A stretch of 64,000 nucleotides of DNA from an uncultured Rikenella sp. (lineage in GTDB: Bacteria > Bacteroidota > Bacteroidia > Bacteroidales > VadinHA17): contig CAZWOC010000003.1 of assembly GCA_964635655.1 (NCBI GenBank), forward strand, positions 13,751 through 77,750, read 5' to 3'. The notes beneath the pieces are model-generated. The model ran no database searches and was not told where the DNA came from. It was given only the letters and a program-made list of their open reading frames with translations. A program made the position numbers and the translations under genes. Shown in pieces: positions 57,736 through 64,000 of this stretch. Position 1 is the stretch's first letter; each line of letters begins with the position of its first letter.

Positions 57736-57743
57736 CAAAGATA
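57736..57743 (-). promoter_or_regulatory. Bacteroidota -7 promoter box TATCTTTG (minus strand) for rimP-nusA-infB
   Basis: Forward caaagata is TATCTTTG on the minus strand, 70 nt upstream of the rimP ATG. Confidence 0.45.
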
Positions 57744-57840
57744 ATATCATTTTTTTAATTGACAATGGATACTACACCTTAAAAAATGAGCTGAGTGCTG
57801 TATATGAAGCTTTTCTTTCCGATTTTTGGAAACTATTGAA

Positions 57841-57848
57841 TAAATTTG
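57841..57848 (+). promoter_or_regulatory. Bacteroidota -7 promoter box TAAATTTG for the HD-lpxD-lpxC/fabZ-lpxA gene string
   Basis: Exact TAnnTTTG match, 22 nt upstream of the TTG start at 57870. Confidence 0.45.
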
Positions 57849-57869
57849 CCTGCATAAAACAAGAGCTGT

Positions 57870-59102
57870 TTGACAAACAGGAAAAAGATTATAAATGACC
57901 CGGTATACGGATTTATCAGTATACCTAATGATCTTGTCTATAACCTGGTGGGGCACCCCTGGTTTCAGAGGCTTCGCAACATCAGGCAGCTGGGGCTTTC
58001 GAGCCTCGTATACCCGGGGGCTGTGCACAGCCGGTTCCAGCACTGCCTGGGGGCGATGTACCTGACCGGCCAGGCGGTGCACACTCTCCGGAGCAAGGAT
58101 ATCAGGATATCTGCTGCCGAAGAGGAGGCTGTGCTGGCGGCGATCCTGCTTCATGACATAGGGCACGGACCCTTTTCACATGCCCTGGAACACTCACTGA
58201 TAGAGGACATGCCGCATGAGACGATGTCTCTCCTTATAATGGAAGAGCTCAACAATGCCATGGGAGGGAAGCTGACGGATGCAATTGCAGTGTTCCGCGG
58301 TGAGTACCCGAGGAGGTTTTTCCATGACCTTGTTACTGGTCAGATGGATATGGACAGGCTTGATTACCTGAGGCGCGACAGCTTCTTTACCGGGGTGATT
58401 GAGGGCTCGGTAGGGTCAGACAGGATAATCAGGATGCTGAATGTCTCGGATGACAGGCTGGTTGTGGATGAGAAGGGTATATATTCTGTGGAGAAGTTTC
58501 TTATAGCCAGACGGATGATGTACTGGCAGGTTTATAATCACCGCACTGTTGTTTCCGCCGAGAAGTTGCTCACCAGCCTGCTTGTGCGCGCACGGCAGGT
58601 CACTGCCGGCGGGCTGAAGCTGTTTGCGGCTCCGGCACTGTCGTACTTTCTTGAGCCGAGGCACAACAAAGCCGAAGGGGAGGAAAGAGCCTCTCTTGTC
58701 AGCCGCTTTACATCGCTTGACGAAAGTGATATCCTGTCTGCCACCAAGGTATGGATGACCTCCGGTGACAGGGTTCTTGAAGACCTTTGCAGGAGGTTCG
58801 TCAACAGGGACCTTCTGGCGATAGAGCTGCAACGCACCCCGTTCGACCCGGCCAGGGTCATTGAAACCGGCCGGAGGGCACAGGAACTGCTGCACCTGGA
58901 CGATGACGATGTAAAATATTACGTCAACACCGGCGATGTATACAATCAGACATACGCCCCCGGCACTCCCGAAGTGCGTATCCTGCTCAAGAACGGCACC
59001 ACACCTGACATCACAGCTGTGTCTGACCTCTTTGACAGGGATGCACTGTCAGAAAAAGTAACAAAATACTTCCTTTGCTACCCGAAGGAGATTATCAATT
59101 AA
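57870..59102 (+). CDS. HD domain-containing phosphohydrolase (SAMHD1/dGTPase-like superfamily)
   Basis: KIINDPVYGFISIP..., HSRFQHCLG, LLHDIGHGPFSH, DMDRLDYLRRD. There is an in-frame stop at 57855-57857 and no in-frame ATG before the conserved N-terminus, so a TTG start at 57870 is implied. Confidence 0.85.
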   Translation: MTNRKKIINDPVYGFISIPNDLVYNLVGHPWFQRLRNIRQLGLSSLVYPGAVHSRFQHCLGAMYLTGQAVHTLRSKDIRISAAEEEAVLAAILLHDIGHGPFSHALEHSLIEDMPHETMSLLIMEELNNAMGGKLTDAIAVFRGEYPRRFFHDLVTGQMDMDRLDYLRRDSFFTGVIEGSVGSDRIIRMLNVSDDRLVVDEKGIYSVEKFLIARRMMYWQVYNHRTVVSAEKLLTSLLVRARQVTAGGLKLFAAPALSYFLEPRHNKAEGEERASLVSRFTSLDESDILSATKVWMTSGDRVLEDLCRRFVNRDLLAIELQRTPFDPARVIETGRRAQELLHLDDDDVKYYVNTGDVYNQTYAPGTPEVRILLKNGTTPDITAVSDLFDRDALSEKVTKYFLCYPKEIIN

Positions 59103-59118
59103 TAAAATAGCAACACAA

Positions 59119-60156
59119 ATGGAATTTACTGCTGCAATGATAGCCGGATTACTCGACGGTAAAGTTGAAGGCGATCCGGAAACAATACTTAACACTGTGG
59201 CCAGGATAGAGGAGGGTCATCCTGGTGCACTATCATTCCTGTCAAACCCGAAGTATGAGCCTTACCTGTACACAACTGCTGCCTCTGCGGTGCTGGTGAG
59301 GAGTGATTTTAAGCCGGCGAAGGAGATCAGCACCACCCTTATCCGGGTGGAAGATCCGTACCAGGCCCTGGCAAAGCTGCTGGCCTTCTATGAACAGGCC
59401 AGGCCTGCAAGAAAGGGGATCCACCAAACGGCTGTGATCGACGAAAAGGCATCGGTAGGAGCAAATGTGTTCATAGGGGCTTGTGCAGTCATCTCGGAGA
59501 AAGCAGTTATCGGCGACGGATGCTCGCTGCATCCCCAGGTCTATATCGGGGAGAATGTAAAAATCGGGAAGAACTGTACACTTCACCCCGGAGTAAAGGT
59601 GTACCGTGATTGTGTGATAGGGAATGACTGTACTATCCATGCCGGGGCAGTCATAGGTGCAGACGGTTTCGGGTTTGCACCGGTAAGTGACTCCGACTTT
59701 ATGAAGATTCCGCAGATAGGCAACGTTATACTGGAAGATAATGTTGAAATCGGTTCAAACACCTGTGTAGACCGTGCAACAATGGGGTCAACAATAATCA
59801 GGAAGGGAGTCAAGCTTGACAATCTTATACAGGTAGGCCATAACTGTGAAATAGGAGAGAACACTGTAATTGCTGCCCAGTCAGGGCTTGCAGGGTCATC
59901 ACGTGTAGGGAGGAACTGCATGTTCGGCGGGCAGGTCGGTCTTGCCGGCCATCTCAGCATTGCCGACGGTGTGAAGATAGGAGCTCAGTCAGGCATCATG
60001 AGCACTATCAGTGAGGCAAATGCAACCTACCTGGGGTATCCTGCAACTGACAGTAAACAATTTCTGAAAACCACGGTTTATCTGAGGAAATTGCCTGAAC
60101 TGAGTAACAGGCTCGATGCTCTCGCAAAAACAGTTGAATCTTTAAAAAACAAATAG
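59119..60156 (+). CDS. lpxD: UDP-3-O-(3-hydroxyacyl)glucosamine N-acyltransferase
   Basis: N-terminal LpxD domain (EFTAAMIAGLLDGKVEGD...LSFLSNPKY) followed by left-handed beta-helix hexapeptide repeats. Confidence 0.9.
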   Translation: MEFTAAMIAGLLDGKVEGDPETILNTVARIEEGHPGALSFLSNPKYEPYLYTTAASAVLVRSDFKPAKEISTTLIRVEDPYQALAKLLAFYEQARPARKGIHQTAVIDEKASVGANVFIGACAVISEKAVIGDGCSLHPQVYIGENVKIGKNCTLHPGVKVYRDCVIGNDCTIHAGAVIGADGFGFAPVSDSDFMKIPQIGNVILEDNVEIGSNTCVDRATMGSTIIRKGVKLDNLIQVGHNCEIGENTVIAAQSGLAGSSRVGRNCMFGGQVGLAGHLSIADGVKIGAQSGIMSTISEANATYLGYPATDSKQFLKTTVYLRKLPELSNRLDALAKTVESLKNK

Positions 60157-60269
60157 TTCCGGAAACCGGTCCAAAGGAAATGATTTGATCATCACGCAGA
60201 TGTAGGGTTTTTCATTATGCTGTTCGGAATTTTTTCATTTTCTTTGCAAGGATTTAAATTTTGAAATTA

Positions 60270-61664
60270 ATGATCGAAAAACAGAGGACGCTGGCTAATG
60301 AAGTGAGTCTCAACGGCAAGGGACTTCATTCAGGAATTGATGTAAAAGTAACTTTTAAGCCTGCACCCACTAATCATGGTTATAAATTCTGTCGCACTGA
60401 CCTTCCCGGCATGCCGGTAATTGATGCAGTAGCTGATCATGTTACTGAGACATCGAGGGGTACAACTCTTGTTCAGGGTGAAGCGTCAGTGGCAACAATC
60501 GAGCATGTTCTTGCTGCTTTTGCGGGAATGCGTGTTGACAACGCCCTGATCGAGATAAGCGGCCCGGAGGCCCCGATAATGGGAGGCAGCTCACGGATGT
60601 TCGTTGAGGCGATCAGGAAGGCCGGAATCGTTGAACAGGATGCTGAGCGCAATTACTACGTCATCAAGGAAAAAATTACATTCTCTGACGAGGAACACGG
60701 GGTGGATCTCATTATCTATCCTGACGATCATTTCAGCGCCCATGTTCTTATAGATTACAACTCGAAGATCCTTGGCAACCAGTATGCTATCCTTGACCAC
60801 CTTGACCAGTTTGAAGCGGAGATAGCCGGGAGCCGTACATTTGTCTTCTTCCATGAGCTGGAGCCACTCTTCAGGATGGGTCTGATCAAAGGAGGTGATC
60901 TTGAAAATGCAGTTGTGATACTTGAGCGTGAAGTTGAGCAGGAGGAGATAGACCGCATTGCACAGATGTTCAATAAGCCGGGCATAACGGAACACCATGC
61001 CGGAGTCCTCAACAATACAAAGCTCAGATACCCCAATGAACCTGCCAGGCACAAACTGCTCGACCTTATTGGCGACCTTTCGCTTGTTGGGCAGCCGATA
61101 AAGGGCAAGGTTGTAGCCACACGCCCGGGTCATTACTCGAACACCAGGCTTGCAAGATTGATCAGGCAGCAGATAAAGAGGCAGACGACAAAGAAGGAAA
61201 TACCCCTTCTTGACACCACTAAGCCTGCAGTGATGGATATACAGCAGATCAAGAAACTGCTTCCTCACCGTTTCCCGTTCCTGATGGTTGACCGTGTACT
61301 GGAGATTTCAAGGAATCATGTGATTGGAATAAAAAACACGACCTACAACGAGGCCTTTTTCCAGGGTCACTTTGAGCAGGAGCATGTTTTCCCGGGAGTG
61401 CTGCTGGTGGAGACAATGGCCCAGATAGGAGGAATTCTTGTGCTTGGCAACGTCGACGAACCTGAAAGGTACTCGACCTATTTCCTCAAGATTGACAGGA
61501 TGAAGTTCAAGCACAAGGTCATCCCTGGTGATACGATAGTTGTCAGGGCAGACCTGACTGAACCTATCAGGAGGAGCATTGTGATAATGTATTGCCAGGC
61601 CTTCGTGGGTGAGAAACTGGTGGCCGAGGGTGAGATGACGGCACAGGTTATTAAGAATAAATAA
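60270..61664 (+). CDS. lpxC/fabZ: bifunctional UDP-3-O-acyl-GlcNAc deacetylase / 3-hydroxyacyl-ACP dehydratase (LpxC-FabZ fusion)
   Basis: LpxC part (GKGLHSG..., TIEHVLAA, HKLLDLIGDL). FabZ part (LLPHRFPFLMVDRV..., FFQGHF, PGVLLVETMAQ). The ATG at 60270 is preferred over the TTG at 60261. Confidence 0.95.
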   Translation: MIEKQRTLANEVSLNGKGLHSGIDVKVTFKPAPTNHGYKFCRTDLPGMPVIDAVADHVTETSRGTTLVQGEASVATIEHVLAAFAGMRVDNALIEISGPEAPIMGGSSRMFVEAIRKAGIVEQDAERNYYVIKEKITFSDEEHGVDLIIYPDDHFSAHVLIDYNSKILGNQYAILDHLDQFEAEIAGSRTFVFFHELEPLFRMGLIKGGDLENAVVILEREVEQEEIDRIAQMFNKPGITEHHAGVLNNTKLRYPNEPARHKLLDLIGDLSLVGQPIKGKVVATRPGHYSNTRLARLIRQQIKRQTTKKEIPLLDTTKPAVMDIQQIKKLLPHRFPFLMVDRVLEISRNHVIGIKNTTYNEAFFQGHFEQEHVFPGVLLVETMAQIGGILVLGNVDEPERYSTYFLKIDRMKFKHKVIPGDTIVVRADLTEPIRRSIVIMYCQAFVGEKLVAEGEMTAQVIKNK

Positions 61665-61670
61665 AAGAAT

Positions 61671-62444
61671 ATGATTTCTTCACTGGCACATATTGATCCG
61701 AAGGCCCAGCTTGGGGACGGTGTCACTGTTGAACCGTTTGCGGTCATATACGGAGACGTTGTCATTGGCGACGGTACCTGGATAGGGCCGGGGGCTGTAA
61801 TTTATGACGGCGCAAGGATAGGCAGGAACTGCCGGATATTCAACGGGGCTTCTGTTTCAGCCATACCGCAGGACCTTAAATTCAGCGGAGAGGAGACTAC
61901 GCTGGAGATAGGAGACAATACCACAGTAAGGGAGTTTGCCACCCTTAACAGGGGTACGAATGCCAGAGGCAGAACCACGATAGGGAAAAACTGCCTGCTG
62001 ATGGCTTATGTTCATGTGGCGCATGACTGCAGCCTCGGAGACAATGTCATAATGGTTGCTTCTTCAGGTATTGCCGGTGAGGTGGTGTTGGGCGACTGGG
62101 TAACGCTTGGAGGCGGTACAATTGTCCACCAGTTTGTGCGGATAGGGAACCATGCATTCCTTGGCGGAGGCTCAAAAGTTCGCATGGATGTGCCCCCGTT
62201 CATCAAGGCTGACAGGGAGCCGCTGGCATATATGGGGATCAACAGTGTCGGGCTGGAGCGCAGAGGATTCACAAAAGAGAAGATGCGTGAGCTGCACGAA
62301 ATTTACAGGGCATATTTCAATATGGGGATGAACGGCAGCAAGGCGCTTGAATATATCGATGCCAATTTTCAGTCGTCGCCTGAGCGCGATTACATACTGG
62401 AGTTCATAAAAAAATCCGAAAGGGGAGTGATAAGGGGGAGGTAA
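61671..62444 (+). CDS. lpxA: acyl-ACP--UDP-N-acetylglucosamine O-acyltransferase
   Basis: Hexapeptide-repeat beta-helix (IHPKAQ-like start AHIDPKAQLGDGVTVEPFAVIYGDVVIG...) plus a helical C-terminal domain. It follows lpxC/fabZ. Confidence 0.93.
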   Translation: MISSLAHIDPKAQLGDGVTVEPFAVIYGDVVIGDGTWIGPGAVIYDGARIGRNCRIFNGASVSAIPQDLKFSGEETTLEIGDNTTVREFATLNRGTNARGRTTIGKNCLLMAYVHVAHDCSLGDNVIMVASSGIAGEVVLGDWVTLGGGTIVHQFVRIGNHAFLGGGSKVRMDVPPFIKADREPLAYMGINSVGLERRGFTKEKMRELHEIYRAYFNMGMNGSKALEYIDANFQSSPERDYILEFIKKSERGVIRGR

Positions 62445-62467
62445 GCCCCTTTTTTATTACCGGGGGG

Positions 62468-62513
62468 TATAAAACACGAATGGGAACCATACTGTACGTA
62501 ATAGTTCCCATTC
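62468..62513 (-). terminator. hairpin with a minus-strand U-tract; candidate terminator of an unannotated minus-strand transcript (or structural end of lpxA mRNA)
   Basis: Perfect 10-bp stem gaatgggaac / gttcccattc with a 16-nt loop. On the minus strand it is followed by GTGTTTTAT. There is no T-run on the plus strand. Confidence 0.4.
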
Positions 62514-63067
62514 CGGCGAGTGACAGCCATGACCGTCATTGCCGCCATGTTACTGTTATTGCAGCCGGTTCATCTCTATTACTCCTTCCTTCACCGGTTT
62601 TGCTTTTGCCCGAAGGCTTACTGCGTAACCTGTTCCGGTATCTCTTCTGTTATCCGTACCGGCCTTGCGGTTTTCCGGGCGCATATTGAGATGCGGAGTC
62701 ATGAACCCTTGAAGCACGACACTCCCCGGAGGGACAGCTGCTGTCATGCCCGGATCATCTCCATCCTATCCTCGCCGGTTCGGTTGGCATGATGACCCTC
62801 TCTCTGAACAGGCACATCTGCTGCTTTATTAGCTTTCAGCCTTGCATCTGTGTTGCTTTCCTCTCCCGGCTGTTACACCGTTTGAAGATTGCCCTGTCAG
62901 ACCGCCAGGATGGGAAGGCTTCTCAGCCTGCACCCGTGACGGACGCTTCAGGACCTTGATCCGTCTGCGTGAGACTCTGAAGTCTGATGTTGATTCAGAG
63001 TGATAATTAAATCATTCGAAAGAACTTTCATGCTTCAGAGCGACTCTTTATCGCTCACATGGTATAA

Positions 63068-63075
63068 CAAATATA
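63068..63075 (-). promoter_or_regulatory. Bacteroidota -7 promoter-like box TATATTTG (minus strand) inside the ORF-poor interval
   Basis: Forward caaatata is TATATTTG on the minus strand. No credible CDS lies downstream of it. Confidence 0.3.
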
Positions 63076-63189
63076 ACCTGTTAACCGGCTCCGGTCAAGT
63101 TTTCGGGGGTATTTATACGACGAAGAAAGTAACATGATATCAACCGATTTATGAACAGGATTAAGTCGCTGGCAGACAGTGACATGCAT

Positions 63190-63229
63190 AAGAAAAGGCG
63201 AGGTTATCAACATCTGTTGATAACCTCGC
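63190..63229 (-). terminator. rho-independent terminator after the DUF4139-like gene
   Basis: 14-bp stem gcgaggttatcaac / gttgataacctcgc. On the minus strand it is followed by CTTTTCTT. Confidence 0.75.
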
Positions 63230-63253
63230 ATGTCAGTCAGTTGCAACTATCTG

Positions 63254-64000
63254 TTATTCAAGCACTACCTTGCGGTTCTTCGGGTACTTCACAGTGTATG
63301 TGAATATGATTTCCTTTGTCTCCCTGGGCTCCACAATGAGATCCCATGTGATCTCCCCGGTGCCGGCGTCATGTTTCCCGGCGCTGAGTTCAACAGCCTC
63401 AACCGTGATATCACTGTTCTGGGGCAACGGAAGCTGGTCACGCAGTTTTACGTTCACCGCCCTGCTTTTATTGTTCCTGACAGATATCAGGAATGAACGG
63501 GTTTCAACCTTATTTGCTCCGATGAGCTTTTGTGAAGTGAAATCAGTCCTGCGATCCCTCTTCACGGTTATGCTGTTGTCGGCTCCCAGCGAGACGGGCA
63601 GTGTGTCTGTCAGCTCCGCCGTGTTGATATAACCCTTTCCGGTAAATGTGTTGCTGAAGTAAATGTTTGATTCTCCGGGCAGGAGATTGTATTTATCCCA
63701 TTCGGTTATATAGCCCATCAGGTAGGCCGGCGAGGCGATCTTGGGTGTTGCGGCATAGCTGTATGTGGCAGGAACGGTGAGTCTCTGAAGTTCTACTGTT
63801 TCAGGTTTTCCGCCTGTTGCGATTGTCTTTGGAACATTTACGTCGAAGCTGAAGCTGATATTTGACTCACTGACTGTAACAGGCAGCGGGGCGCTCGCCT
63901 CAAGATCAATCATTGCAGATTCCTCTGCCTTGTACTCACGGGCGGCCGGTTTTGCCTTTGTACTCAAGCCCCTGATCACCATCTCATTCAGCGCATATTC
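63254..64000 (-). CDS. C-terminal part of a DUF4139 / mucoidy-inhibitor-MuiA-like protein (5' end outside the window)
   Basis: The frame stays open to nt 64000 (...EYALNEMVIRGLS...). The C-terminal region ...NKSRAVNVKLRDQLPLPQNSDITVE...GEITWDLIVEPRETKEIIFTYTVKYPKN matches my recollection of DUF4139. Confidence 0.6.
   Translation of the reverse strand, partial: EYALNEMVIRGLSTKAKPAAREYKAEESAMIDLEASAPLPVTVSESNISFSFDVNVPKTIATGGKPETVELQRLTVPATYSYAATPKIASPAYLMGYITEWDKYNLLPGESNIYFSNTFTGKGYINTAELTDTLPVSLGADNSITVKRDRRTDFTSQKLIGANKVETRSFLISVRNNKSRAVNVKLRDQLPLPQNSDITVEAVELSAGKHDAGTGEITWDLIVEPRETKEIIFTYTVKYPKNRKVVLE

Noticed and set aside
57747-58166. 139-aa minus-strand ORF upstream of rimP
   Set aside because: It is antisense to the well-supported HD-domain gene and has no recognisable motifs. 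Its presence would also conflict with the divergent promoter boxes at 57736-57743 and 57841-57848.
60591-61268. 225-aa minus-strand ORF
   Set aside because: It is antisense to lpxC/fabZ, which has unambiguous motifs. No family features are present.
60270-61664. LpxC-FabZ gene fusion as a novelty
   Set aside because: This bifunctional fusion in an lpxD-lpxC/fabZ-lpxA string is the normal, well-known arrangement in Bacteroidota.
1-64000. Mobile elements, integrases, tRNA/rRNA genes, toxin-antitoxin or known defence genes
   Set aside because: I scanned the ORF products and intergenic regions by eye. I saw no transposase or integrase motifs, no tRNA-like T-loop (GGTTCGAATCC-type) sequences, and no nuclease/ATPase/methylase defence signatures.

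Overview
This is a Bacteroidota-type chromosomal segment. The evidence is TAnnTTTG -7 promoter boxes, a 2,468-aa SprA (T9SS) gene, an LpxC-FabZ fusion, many lipoprotein and Sec signal peptides, and no Shine-Dalgarno dependence.

The left ~37 kb looks accessory:
- A hemicellulose-type esterase cluster (GH fragment, two paralogous CE1-like esterases, a type-B carboxylesterase).
- A BlaI/BlaR1-like repressor plus M56 sensor-protease pair whose sensor domain is not a penicillin-binding domain.
- Directly upstream on the same strand, a tightly packed (17-nt overlap, 11-nt gap) 12-kb three-gene cassette of unknown function: an outer-membrane beta-barrel, a 2,720-aa secreted giant protein and a 662-aa FN3-repeat protein. 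This is my best candidate for an undescribed system.
- A split YeeE/YedE plus multi-rhodanese sulfur locus.
- A small YD-repeat lipoprotein, a tricorn-like S41 protease, a CPBP protease, a Kelch-like lipoprotein, small redox and methyltransferase genes, TerC and a GGT-family gene.

The right ~27 kb is core housekeeping: M23-dxr-rseP, tatA, an MqnC/E-family radical SAM gene, pdxA, ruvA-sprA-gcvH, rimP-nusA-infB, an HD hydrolase, and lpxD-lpxC/fabZ-lpxA.

Non-genic oddities:
- Arrays of 8-bp (GTCTGAAG/GTCATGCG) and 7-bp (TATTGCC) direct tandem repeats sit just after stop codons at three separate loci.
- An intrinsic-terminator-like hairpin lies inside the short rimP-nusA-infB leader.
- A ~0.75-kb ORF-poor interval between lpxA and the last gene carries its own minus-strand promoter-like box and terminator, making it a candidate ncRNA or decayed gene.

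I saw no rRNA, tRNA, CRISPR array, transposase or integrase. All family assignments come from motif recognition by eye; no searches were run.
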